DNA of 32,000 bases from an uncultured bacterium (GTDB lineage: Bacteria; Patescibacteriota; Gracilibacteria; UBA1369; PNNO01), in the NCBI GenBank assembly GCA_963704705.1, contig OY969931.1, positions 1,200,001-1,232,000 of the forward strand, in the 5' to 3' direction. Positions 13,610 to 22,504 of this stretch are shown here, in pieces (position 1 is the first letter of the stretch; every line of letters starts with the position of its first letter). A program made the position numbers and the translations under genes. Below the pieces are notes generated by a model. That model searched no databases, was not told the origin of the DNA, and saw only the letters and a list, made by a program, of their open reading frames with translations.

Positions 13610-15289
13610 ATGGACTTTAAAAAATTAAAAACCGCCTTCTTCAGTATGGAGATAGGCATTAAAGATGCAATTCCCACTTATTGTGGTGGTTTGGGGATTC
13701 TTGCCGGTGATGCACTTGCAAGCAGTGCTGATTTGAAAATGGCTATTGTTGGCGTAACCCTCCTTTACAGAAAGGGTTATTTTAAACAAAAAATTGATGA
13801 AAACGGTAATCAAAGCGAAGAAGATCAACAATGGGATCCAAATGAAGAACTGATTAAACTCGAAAATACAATTAAGATTCGAATAAAAGGCGAGGATGTA
13901 ACTGTTGGCTGCTGGATGTATGAAATGGAAGGGCTTTCGGGAATCAAAAATCCAATACTTTTTTTGGATACTGACATTGAAGGAAACTCAGAATACTTCA
14001 GAAGGGTTTGCGACAGGCTTTATCAGGGAGACCACAGGGACCGAATAGCTCAGGAAATGATACTTGGTATAGGAGGTGTAAAAATGCTTACAAGCCTCGG
14101 CTGTGATATAAAAAAATATCATATGAATGAAGGCCATATCTCCTTTTTAACACTTGAATTATATAAAGAAATCGATTCGCCCGATAAAATAAACGAGATA
14201 AGAAAAAAATGTATTTTCACAACACATACTCCGCTTCCTGCCGGTCATGATGTTTTTGATGAAGGCCTTGTTTGGGAAATGGCCGGTGAATATATTCCCA
14301 ATAAAGCTGAGTTTGATGTTTTTAAAGATGGAGCGCTAAATATGACTTTGCTTGGTCTGGAATTCAGCGGCTTTATAAACGGGGTTGCAAGAAAACACAG
14401 GAAAGTATCAAAAACAATGTTTCCGGAATATGAAATAGAATCAATTACAAATGGTGTTCATCCTGTATTCTGGACTTCTGATCCTTTTATAAAGGTATTT
14501 GATGAATATATTCCGGAATGGAAAGGAACGCCCGAGAGCTTAAGGGCTGCCATAAATATCCCTGATGAAAAAATCCAGGATGCGCATATGGATGCCAAAA
14601 GATATTTAATTGAATATGTTAAAAAAACAACGGATATTGACCTTGATATGAATAAATTCACTATTGCTTTTGCAAAAAGATTCGTTAAATACAAAAGACC
14701 TGATTTGATTTTTCATGATATAGAAAGGCTTAAATCAATTGTTAAAGAAAAAGGCGCTATTCAGCTAATCTTTTCAGGCAAGGCCCATCCGGGTGACGAA
14801 GAAGGAAAATCATTATTACGGAAAATCTTTGAAATAAAAAACACTTTAAATGATCCAAACATAACAATTGTTTTTCTTGAAAATTACGGAATTGAAGCAG
14901 CCAGATTTTTAACATCCGGCTGTGATATCTGGCTTAATAATCCACGAAGGCCTTATGAAGCCTGCGGTACTTCGGGTATGAAAGCTGCTTTAAATGGCAT
15001 GCCGCATTTTTCTGTTCTGGATGGATGGTGGCTTGAAGGGCATATTGAAGGAGTAACAGGGTGGAGTATCGGTCTGCATCCTTATGACGCAAATTTTGAT
15101 CAGGATGTGAGCCCTGATGATGAAGCAGAGGACCTTTATAAAAAATTAAATGACGAAATTTTGCCGATGTTTTATAACGACAAGAAAAAATGGTGCAAAA
15201 TCATGAAAGACTGCATTGCAATCAATGGTTCATTTTTCAATACGCACAGAATGATTGAACAATATGAAATGGAAGCTTATTTAAAATAG
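13610..15289 (+). CDS. glgP: Alpha-glucan (glycogen/maltodextrin) phosphorylase, GT35 short form
   Basis: 559 aa. FSMEIG..YCGGLGILAGD at the N-terminus and the PLP-lysine motif EACGTSGMKAALNG. Confidence 0.9.
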   Translation: MDFKKLKTAFFSMEIGIKDAIPTYCGGLGILAGDALASSADLKMAIVGVTLLYRKGYFKQKIDENGNQSEEDQQWDPNEELIKLENTIKIRIKGEDVTVGCWMYEMEGLSGIKNPILFLDTDIEGNSEYFRRVCDRLYQGDHRDRIAQEMILGIGGVKMLTSLGCDIKKYHMNEGHISFLTLELYKEIDSPDKINEIRKKCIFTTHTPLPAGHDVFDEGLVWEMAGEYIPNKAEFDVFKDGALNMTLLGLEFSGFINGVARKHRKVSKTMFPEYEIESITNGVHPVFWTSDPFIKVFDEYIPEWKGTPESLRAAINIPDEKIQDAHMDAKRYLIEYVKKTTDIDLDMNKFTIAFAKRFVKYKRPDLIFHDIERLKSIVKEKGAIQLIFSGKAHPGDEEGKSLLRKIFEIKNTLNDPNITIVFLENYGIEAARFLTSGCDIWLNNPRRPYEACGTSGMKAALNGMPHFSVLDGWWLEGHIEGVTGWSIGLHPYDANFDQDVSPDDEAEDLYKKLNDEILPMFYNDKKKWCKIMKDCIAINGSFFNTHRMIEQYEMEAYLK

Positions 15290-15376
15290 TTCTGATGCAA
15301 CAGAAATTCAAAACACGTTGCTTCAATGCATATAACGTAATACAATATAGGGAGTTATTATTAAATCCCCTTTCAA

Positions 15377-16147
15377 ATGAGTAATCTCATCAAAAACCTG
15401 ATCGGAGTTGTAGCGATTGTGGCTGTTTTGGCATTTGCCTATCTAAGCTGGCAATATGTAAAAGTTTACGACAGGTCAAGCGAACCAACTAACTACAGAA
15501 GCTTTTATGTACAGGCTGAAGGTGAAGCTGTTGGAGTGCCTGATGTTGCACAGTTCAGTTTCGATGTAATAACACAGGGTGGTACGGATATTTCAAAATC
15601 TCAAACTGACAATACAGAAAAAATGAATGCTGTTCTTGAATATGTAAACGGCCAGGGAATTGATAAAAAAGATATTAAAACTACCGCTTACAATATTCAA
15701 CCACGATATACTAGTAACAGATGTGTGGAAGGTGTTTGTCCTCCACCGCAAATCGTTGGATATACTGTTTCACAATCAGCTCAGGTTAAGATACGTGATT
15801 TCAGCAAAATAAGCGGCATGTTACAGGCTGTTGTTGATAATGGCGCAAACTCTGTTTCTCAATTAAGCTTTATTATTGATGATACAACTGATGTTGAAAA
15901 CGAAGCACGTGCTGATGCAATTCAAAAAGCACAAGCTAAAGCTGAATTAATAGCAAAAGAAGCAGGATTCTCTGTTGGACGAATTCTTGAAATAAATGAA
16001 AATTTCTATCCTGTTTATGCTCAGCCAAAAATGGAAATGGCTGTAAGTTCTTATGATAGTTCTGCGGGGGGTGCTCCGGCTCCATCAATCGAACCAGGCT
16101 CTCAGGATATTACTGTCCAGATAAACATAAGATACGAGATTAACTAA
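15377..16147 (+). CDS. SIMPL / DUF541 family periplasmic protein
   Basis: 256 aa with an N-terminal anchor. GYTVSQSAQVKIRDFSKISGMLQAVVDNGANSVSQLSF and the ARADAIQKAQAKAELIAKEAG pattern are typical of SIMPL proteins. Confidence 0.8.
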   Translation: MSNLIKNLIGVVAIVAVLAFAYLSWQYVKVYDRSSEPTNYRSFYVQAEGEAVGVPDVAQFSFDVITQGGTDISKSQTDNTEKMNAVLEYVNGQGIDKKDIKTTAYNIQPRYTSNRCVEGVCPPPQIVGYTVSQSAQVKIRDFSKISGMLQAVVDNGANSVSQLSFIIDDTTDVENEARADAIQKAQAKAELIAKEAGFSVGRILEINENFYPVYAQPKMEMAVSSYDSSAGGAPAPSIEPGSQDITVQINIRYEIN

Positions 16148-16157
16148 TCTTTAAAAA

Positions 16158-16718
16158 TTGAGCCAGGTTAAGATAAAAAATTTTTTTGAAGATGATATCA
16201 AGGAGCCTGTCAGGATATTAATTGGCCACAGGCTTCCTTGGCTTATATTGGGACTTTTAGGAGGTATTTTAACTACATTTATTGTATCGAGATTTGAATT
16301 GATTCTCGCGAGTGACTTGCGTCTGGCTTTTTTTATACCGATCATTGTTTACATGAGCGATGCGATTGGAACCCAAACAGAAACAATTTACATAAGACAC
16401 ATTAAAGAGAGCGGTGCAGACTTTTTTAAATATATGATTAAAGAATCGCTGTTGGGCCTGGGGCTTGGTTTGATTTTCGGAGTTACAATTGGTCTTATAG
16501 CTAATTTTTGGCTCGCTTCTCCACAAATCGGTTTAACTGTGGGAATTGCGATGTTTATAAATTGCACAATTGCACCTGTTATGGCCACATTTATCCCAAC
16601 AATCTTGTACAAAAGACATAAAGACCCTGCGCTTGGATCAGGGCCTCTGGCAACCATTATTCAGGATTTAATCAGTGTTTTAATTTACTTTTATACCGCA
16701 AGTCTTATTCTTTTTTAA
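16158..16718 (+). CDS. MgtE-type divalent-cation transporter, membrane domain only
   Basis: 186 aa. DAIGTQTETI and GSGPLATIIQDLISVLIYF resemble the MgtE TM-domain motifs. No N-terminal or CBS domains. TTG start. Confidence 0.7.
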   Translation: MSQVKIKNFFEDDIKEPVRILIGHRLPWLILGLLGGILTTFIVSRFELILASDLRLAFFIPIIVYMSDAIGTQTETIYIRHIKESGADFFKYMIKESLLGLGLGLIFGVTIGLIANFWLASPQIGLTVGIAMFINCTIAPVMATFIPTILYKRHKDPALGSGPLATIIQDLISVLIYFYTASLILF

Positions 16719-16728
16719 TAAATTAAAC

Positions 16729-17127
16729 ATGAAAAAAATATTAATTTTATCGGCAATACTTATATTAGGATTAAGCGGCTGTGCTACGGTTCAGTCCGCA
16801 ACTTATGAGGAAACCATCAGCTATATCGACTCAAATATAACCAAAATTGTTGAATCCGGGAATTTTGAAGCCGAACCCGCAAATGGGAAATGGTTTGCTG
16901 ACGGTTACGGCTTTACTTCTCCAAATCATGTATATGTTGATTTTGAAGACGGCCACTATTTATTCAGGGTTTTACTTGAATGCAAAGGCACAAATGCAGA
17001 TTTAATTTGTAATCCATTGGCATTTTTTAAGTCAGATAACGGATGGACCTTGATGCAGGGACAAGACTCGGAAAAAGATAATCCTATTGTTCACGCGTGG
17101 GCAAAAGATTATGATTGGGAAAGATAA
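16729..17127 (+). CDS. Lipoprotein of unknown function
   Basis: 132 aa with lipobox LGLSGC|ATV. Confidence 0.7.
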   Translation: MKKILILSAILILGLSGCATVQSATYEETISYIDSNITKIVESGNFEAEPANGKWFADGYGFTSPNHVYVDFEDGHYLFRVLLECKGTNADLICNPLAFFKSDNGWTLMQGQDSEKDNPIVHAWAKDYDWER

Positions 17128-17143
17128 AAGCAACAAATCATAA

Positions 17144-17710
17144 ATGACAAAAACTTTACTGAACAAGCCATTGAGAATTCTGTTAATTACGAACTCTTTG
17201 GTTTTACTTGCCGGAGGTATGATCGGGCCAATCTACGCTATATTTGTTGAAGACATAGGCGGAGATTTGCTTGATGCCAGTTTTGCAGGAGGTATATTCG
17301 CGCTTGCAGCGGGCATCACAACTTTTTTGTCCGGCAAAATAGCTGACCATCAGGACCATAAAGAAAAAATAGTGATTTTTGGATATTTGGTTATGTGTGT
17401 TGGATTTATGCTTTATACTCTTGTGGATTCTATTTGGATGCTTTTTATTGTGCAGGTTATTATCGGATTCGGTGAAGCAATTTATTTACCGGCATTTGAT
17501 GCGGTTTATTCAGAACATCTCGATCATCATAAAGAAGGTCAGCAATGGGGGGCGTGGGAATCAACGTACTATTTTGTAACTGCATTTGGCGCGGCTTTAG
17601 GTGGTTATATAGTGGTTTATTTGGGATTTAATGCCATGTTCTTTTTAATGGCCTTACTTTGCCTAGGAAGCGCGCTTTATATTTTCAGATTGCCGAAAAG
17701 AGTATTATAA
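17144..17710 (+). CDS. Half-size MFS-like transporter (6 TM)
   Basis: 188 aa. GKIADHQDHKEK, a loop after TM2 (motif A-like), and six predicted helices. Confidence 0.6.
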   Translation: MTKTLLNKPLRILLITNSLVLLAGGMIGPIYAIFVEDIGGDLLDASFAGGIFALAAGITTFLSGKIADHQDHKEKIVIFGYLVMCVGFMLYTLVDSIWMLFIVQVIIGFGEAIYLPAFDAVYSEHLDHHKEGQQWGAWESTYYFVTAFGAALGGYIVVYLGFNAMFFLMALLCLGSALYIFRLPKRVL

Positions 17711-17792
17711 ATGAATTGCGGTTAAAAAGCGGTTAGAAAAAAAGGGGCCGATTCATATAGATTCGACCCGCTTTAAAGTTTTTAAGTTCGTT

Positions 17793-18251
17793 TTATTTTT
17801 TTCTTTTTCTAATTGCTGCTGCCCCAAACAATGAACCGAGTCCAATTGCGATTAGACCAGGACCGCTGCTAGCTGTTTTTCCACCACTGTATGAAGCCGT
17901 AGGTGCTGCAGCATGAGTAGTTGTAGTAGTAGTTGTTGTAGATGCAGGAGCAACTTCAAGTGTTGGTGGAGCTTCTTCTTCAGCAGGAGTTTGAACCTCA
18001 TCAGCTGCAGGTAAAGTAGGTTCTTCTACCGCTGGTGCCACAGGTTCTTCTGCCGCTGGTGCCACAGGTTCTTCTGCCGCTGGAAGTTCAAGTGTTGGCG
18101 GAGCTTCATCTGTGGTTGTGGTTGTTGTTGTAGTTGTAGCAAATGGATCGTTAATTACAGGAGGTGCCTGAGCAAATGCGATTGCACTAAAATTTGCCGC
18201 AAAAACAAGAGCGACAAATACAGTCAATAAATAAAATGGTGTTTTTTTCAT
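17793..18251 (-). CDS. Secreted Thr/Pro/Glu-rich repeat protein with a C-terminal anchor or sorting-like signal
   Basis: 152 aa with a signal peptide, poly-T runs and tandem AAEEPVAP repeats (a 24 bp DNA repeat at 18031-18078). The C-terminus is SSGPGLIAIGLGSLFGAAAIRKRKK. Confidence 0.7.
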   Translation of the reverse strand: MKKTPFYLLTVFVALVFAANFSAIAFAQAPPVINDPFATTTTTTTTTDEAPPTLELPAAEEPVAPAAEEPVAPAVEEPTLPAADEVQTPAEEEAPPTLEVAPASTTTTTTTTHAAAPTASYSGGKTASSGPGLIAIGLGSLFGAAAIRKRKK

Positions 18252-18321
18252 AAATTTTTTGTTTATTTTTTATTTTTCTAACTCTATTTTAGCATAAAAT
18301 AGCTTTTTTTTCAACTGCTTT

Positions 18322-18386
18322 AGACCAGGTCTGGCGGGTGAACCAGGTCTGGCGGGCAGACCTGGTCTGGTGGGCAGACCTGGTCT
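18322..18386. repeat. Four tandem 18 bp units, each containing an 11 bp palindrome AGACCWGGTCT
   Basis: Units start at 18322, 18340, 18358 and 18376: AGACCAGGTCTGGCGGGT / GAACCAGGTCTGGCGGGC / AGACCTGGTCTGGTGGGC / AGACCTGGTCT. Confidence 0.9.
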
Positions 18387-18533
18387 AATATCAATTTCCC
18401 CTATACAAAGAGAAAAACTTATGATATTCTTGCCGTACGGTTTTTTTGACTTCTGATTTATACCTAAATGTGCACAGTTTGAAATAAATCATTGCCAGAA
18501 AGCCGTAAACCCTAATACTTATACGCACACAAT

Positions 18534-18794
18534 ATGGCTAAGAAATTATTTGTAGGGAATATCGAATGGGGAGTTACTGATGATCAGCTAAAAGAACTTT
18601 TCGCCGCTCACGGTGAAGTTGAAGAAGCTGTTATCATCAAGGATAAATTCTCAGGTCGCCCTAAAGGATTCGGTTTTGTTACTTTCGTTAATGACGATGA
18701 TGCTGACAAAGCTATTGAAGCTCTTAATGATTACGATCTTAACGGTCGTAAACTTGCTGTTAACGAAGCAAGACCTAAAGAGCCACGTGACTAA
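18534..18794 (+). CDS. RRM-type RNA-binding protein
   Basis: 86 aa. RNP2 is LFVGNI and RNP1 is KGFGFVTF. Confidence 0.9.
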   Translation: MAKKLFVGNIEWGVTDDQLKELFAAHGEVEEAVIIKDKFSGRPKGFGFVTFVNDDDADKAIEALNDYDLNGRKLAVNEARPKEPRD

Positions 18795-18821
18795 TATTTA
18801 GTTACGACAACTCAAACGAAA

Positions 18822-18851
18822 AAATAGAATGTGTGCAGTTCTATTTTTTTT
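18822..18851 (+). terminator. Possible intrinsic terminator (AT-rich stem)
   Basis: AAATAGAA (18822-18829) pairs with TTCTATTT (18839-18846), followed by a T-run to 18851. Confidence 0.4.
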
Positions 18852-18909
18852 GACATGGCTAAATTATTAAAGTACAATTCTGGCCTTTGTAAACTTAACT
18901 ACTAAATAA

Positions 18910-20088
18910 ATGGTTATTGAAAATCAACATGGTAATTTGTTTTGTCCTGAAAATCGATTAGATTGTACTAAAGCTGATATCGAGATTTTATATTCCAAAC
19001 TCCCACCCAAAGATCAATGTATAGTTAAAGATTTCGAATCGCACAATGGTGATTTATTTTTTTATTACAAAAGTAAAGATGGTGTTGAATTCACAATTGA
19101 GTGGCATAAAGATAGTCAAAGTTTTTATGGTGCTCCAATTGAGCTGGTAAATCAATATCTTAGTTTGTCTCAAAAAGATAATTTATCTAACCAAGTAAAC
19201 AACACTCCAAGGCCTGAAATATATGCTCTGGTTGAGTTATTCCAGGAAAAATTATGCCAGTTTATTGATGAAGTGGGCAAACCTCCTGAAGTTTTGGAGA
19301 TTGCTTTTGAATCTGGAAATGATGTTTTGAAAATAAGAAGAGATGCTTCAAGAATGGTGAAAGTTGCAACTTTGCCAGTCCAAGAGATATTGGAAGATAT
19401 TCAACCTACAGCAGAAGAACATGTGGCTAAAACTGAGGAAGAACATGAAGAAGGGCCACCGGTGTTAATTAGATTTAATCTTGGTTTAACTGTTGCAGCT
19501 ATTAAAACCTTAGGTGTTGTTTTAAATAAAACTGAAATGGCCAAAGAATTGGGCATTTCAGCTGTGCATTTTGGTAAATTAGTAAAAATACAATTTGCAG
19601 CAAATATGAATCCCTCAACAATCATAGCTTTAAAGAGATTCCTAATTAAAAATAAAGCAAGTCTGAGCCAACTTATAAACCATAATGAAAAAGCACAACA
19701 ATCATTATCTGAAAGAGAATTTGATAATTTAATTGAATTCTTAAATTCGGATGGCTTTTTAGAAGACGACACAGAAACAGAAGATGATAATGATGGAATT
19801 GGAGAGCCTTTTAATCCCCAATATGCATTCAGTGCATTGAAATTAATGGGAGGTCTAACCACAAATCTTCAATTAGCTGAAGAAGTTGGAATTAATAGCG
19901 TTAGTATCGGAATATATATGAGTGGAAAATCCAAAAGGATACGCAAATCCACTGAGCAATCATTGAAAAAATGGTTGTTTAACAATAAAGAAAAAATTCT
20001 TAAGGCTCTGCAGAATGAGCTTTTAGTGAGCAAAACACTTAATTCTGAAGAAAAAACAATGCTGGAAGAATATTTGGAATCTCTCTAA
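18910..20088 (+). CDS. Hypothetical protein with two helix-turn-helix-like modules
   Basis: 392 aa. An internal duplication gives ..TEMAKELGISAVHFGKLVK.. and ..LQLAEEVGINSVSIGIYMSGK.., each followed by a similar helical tail. Confidence 0.65.
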   Translation: MVIENQHGNLFCPENRLDCTKADIEILYSKLPPKDQCIVKDFESHNGDLFFYYKSKDGVEFTIEWHKDSQSFYGAPIELVNQYLSLSQKDNLSNQVNNTPRPEIYALVELFQEKLCQFIDEVGKPPEVLEIAFESGNDVLKIRRDASRMVKVATLPVQEILEDIQPTAEEHVAKTEEEHEEGPPVLIRFNLGLTVAAIKTLGVVLNKTEMAKELGISAVHFGKLVKIQFAANMNPSTIIALKRFLIKNKASLSQLINHNEKAQQSLSEREFDNLIEFLNSDGFLEDDTETEDDNDGIGEPFNPQYAFSALKLMGGLTTNLQLAEEVGINSVSIGIYMSGKSKRIRKSTEQSLKKWLFNNKEKILKALQNELLVSKTLNSEEKTMLEEYLESL

Positions 20089-20149
20089 ATTATTGCAATA
20101 AATACTTATTTATTCTATCTTCATTTTAGACTCCCTTAACTTATCTAAA

Positions 20150-20737
20150 ATGAAAAAATCACTACTTACTCCCCTTTTATTAATCGCAATATTCATCTTT
20201 TTACTGCCTCAGGCGGCTTTTGCGCACAATATCGGCGGCAATGGTATGCTTAGCGGCATTTCGCATCCATTAACGGGTTTGGACCATATGCTCGCAATGG
20301 TTGCGGTTGGTGTAATAAGTACGCAACTTGGCGGCAAAGCGGTATGGCAGGTTCCGGCTACATTTGTGAGCTTTATGGTTGTTGGCGGATTTATGGCAAT
20401 TTTTGGCTTGCATCTGCCTGCTGTTGAAATCGGGATCGCTCTTTCTGTTCTTGTTTTGGGAGTGGCGATTGCGTTTTCGTCAAAAGTTCCTCATTTATTG
20501 GCTTTTTTGATGGTTGCTTTGTTTGCGATCTTTCACGGACACGCGCACGGAGAGGAAATGCCTGTTATCGCAAACGCAGGGCTTTATGCAATTGGATTTA
20601 TAAGTTCAACTGCATTACTTCACATAAGCGGTGTATTAATCGGGCACTATGCAAAAAAAACAGCTCTCACATCAAAACTTTTACGTTTTGCAGGAGCAGG
20701 TGTTGGATTTATGGGTCTTCTATTCTTAATCGGTTAA
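20150..20737 (+). CDS. hupE: HupE/UreJ family metal (Ni/Co) transporter
   Basis: 195 aa with a signal peptide ending in AFAH. HPLTGLDHMLAMVAVG and HGHAHG are signatures of the family. Confidence 0.85.
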   Translation: MKKSLLTPLLLIAIFIFLLPQAAFAHNIGGNGMLSGISHPLTGLDHMLAMVAVGVISTQLGGKAVWQVPATFVSFMVVGGFMAIFGLHLPAVEIGIALSVLVLGVAIAFSSKVPHLLAFLMVALFAIFHGHAHGEEMPVIANAGLYAIGFISSTALLHISGVLIGHYAKKTALTSKLLRFAGAGVGFMGLLFLIG

Positions 20738-20738
20738 T

Positions 20739-20978
20739 ATGGAGAAATCACGCGCTCTTTTTTCACCAAAGCCAGCTTCAATCGAAAGAGATCGTATGAA
20801 GATTGTTGAAGATTTAAGGAATGCTTTGAAAACAAAATATTTTCTTATAATTACAACAACCAAAGGTAAAGTAAGCGGCCATGTAACTGAAATGAACAGT
20901 ATTAATGGAAGTGTGAAATTAAAAAAAGGCGCAACTGAAATTGAGCTAAATATCAAAGACATTCTGCTTACCGAATAG
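20739..20978 (+). CDS. Hypothetical small protein
   Basis: 79 aa ORF abutting the hupE stop. Confidence 0.4.
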   Translation: MEKSRALFSPKPASIERDRMKIVEDLRNALKTKYFLIITTTKGKVSGHVTEMNSINGSVKLKKGATEIELNIKDILLTE

Positions 20979-21497
20979 CTACATCTTCCGGCTGTCGTAA
21001 GCCCAATGTAGAAGAGCCTGCCTTTGGCGCGGCCTGCAAGATAAATCTCGTGGTGCGCAGTTTTTACGAATTTGACCGATATGCCTTTTCATTGCTTTCC
21101 AACGTTTAATCTGCCTTAAATCTTCATCAGGAATACGGCGGCCAAGATAATATCTGCAATACCACTGAAACCAACCACGCGGATCCAAAGGATAAATCCA
21201 ACCCTTTTTAATCCAATATAATAAAGGCTTGCTGGCATTAACTTTAAAAAAGTTAAGTTTAGGGTCGTGCCGCTGATGGCAGAGTTTTGCTTTTTCAAAC
21301 CAAGACTTTGGAAATTCTTTTTTGCAATCTGTCATATATTTTCCGCCAAAAACCCCCATTTCAAGCATTTGTTTTGGAGTTAGGTCGGGTTTAAATTCAG
21401 GGTGGAAATTGCGGCCGGGATTCTCTGCAAGCACATAAATGTAACCTTTTTGCATTTTATCGTTAACCTTGATTTTTTGGCCTTTTTTAAATTCCAT
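20979..21497 (-). CDS. Conserved-looking hypothetical protein (W/R/K-rich)
   Basis: 172 aa. GWFQWYCRYYLGRR..DEDLRQIKRW looks like a conserved family that I cannot name. Confidence 0.7.
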   Translation of the reverse strand: MEFKKGQKIKVNDKMQKGYIYVLAENPGRNFHPEFKPDLTPKQMLEMGVFGGKYMTDCKKEFPKSWFEKAKLCHQRHDPKLNFFKVNASKPLLYWIKKGWIYPLDPRGWFQWYCRYYLGRRIPDEDLRQIKRWKAMKRHIGQIRKNCAPRDLSCRPRQRQALLHWAYDSRKM

Positions 21498-21529
21498 AAT
21501 ATAATAAATTAACTTAACAAAATTATATC

Positions 21530-21991
21530 ATGTTAAAAGAAGGTCAAAAAGCACCTGACTTTACTCTTCAGGATACAAATGAAAGCGAAATTAAACTTTC
21601 TGATTTTAAGGGTAAATGGGTGGTACTTTATTTCTATCCAAAAGACATGACTCCGGGGTGCACAATTGAGGCCATGGAATTTTCATTACATAAAAATGAA
21701 TTTGAAAAATTAAATGCAATTGTACTTGGTGTGAGTAAAGATTCATGCGCGTCTCATCAAAAATTTACAGACAAAAAAGAACTCACAATAAATCTGCTAA
21801 GTGACCCTGATTCACGAATACAAAAATTGTACGACGTATGGAAACCAAAGAAATTTATGGGACGAGAATTTCTTGGCACAGTGCGAACCACTTTTTTGAT
21901 CAGCCCCGATCAAACCATTAAAAAAATATGGAACGAGGTAAAGGCAAAAGGGCATGCAGAAGCTGTTTTGAAAGAGTTGGCTAATCTTTAG
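21530..21991 (+). CDS. bcp: Thiol peroxidase Bcp (atypical 2-Cys/1-Cys peroxiredoxin)
   Basis: 153 aa. FYPKDMTPGCTIEA is the peroxidatic-Cys motif. Confidence 0.9.
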   Translation: MLKEGQKAPDFTLQDTNESEIKLSDFKGKWVVLYFYPKDMTPGCTIEAMEFSLHKNEFEKLNAIVLGVSKDSCASHQKFTDKKELTINLLSDPDSRIQKLYDVWKPKKFMGREFLGTVRTTFLISPDQTIKKIWNEVKAKGHAEAVLKELANL

Positions 21992-22117
21992 ACTATCGCC
22001 GATAGCCGAATCCAAAACTGCCATTCCAAACATCTATAAAAGTTACTCAAAATTAATTTTAGTTTGAAAAATTTATTCAAAAGGTATATAAATTAACCCT
22101 ATTTCCATAATCTAAAA

Positions 22118-22504
22118 TTGTTGGATAAATTTAAAGGTAAAAATAATGATTTTGAAATAATTGAAGATTCCGAAGTTGATGAAATCAGATTGATCGATAC
22201 TGACCAGCTTTCAAATGAAGCTATCCGAATTCTCGAAAATGAAGATATCGATATTGATTTGAAAATGTTTCAGTATGTATTTATGAAAATTTATGAATAT
22301 TTTGAAGGTATGTTTGATAAAGGTCCATTTATTGATGACTTTCATGAAGAGTGTGAATATGAACGAATAAGTATTTCTTTCACTCTGCTTGAAATTGCGA
22401 TGACTGAAGTTATTGATGAATACGGAGAAGAAATCACTGCTGATCCGGTTAGACTTTTTAAGGCTTTTGTTGCACAATTAAACCAACGTGTAACAATAAG
22501 ATAA
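22118..22504 (+). CDS. Hypothetical acidic protein
   Basis: 128 aa with a TTG start. Its stop abuts the next ATG. Confidence 0.5.
   Translation: MLDKFKGKNNDFEIIEDSEVDEIRLIDTDQLSNEAIRILENEDIDIDLKMFQYVFMKIYEYFEGMFDKGPFIDDFHEECEYERISISFTLLEIAMTEVIDEYGEEITADPVRLFKAFVAQLNQRVTIR

Noticed and set aside
17793-17900. LPXTG sortase signal or PEP-CTERM motif in the surface protein tail
   Set aside because: Neither LPXTG nor PEP is present. Only the generic G/P motif + TM + basic layout is seen, so no specific sorting system is claimed.
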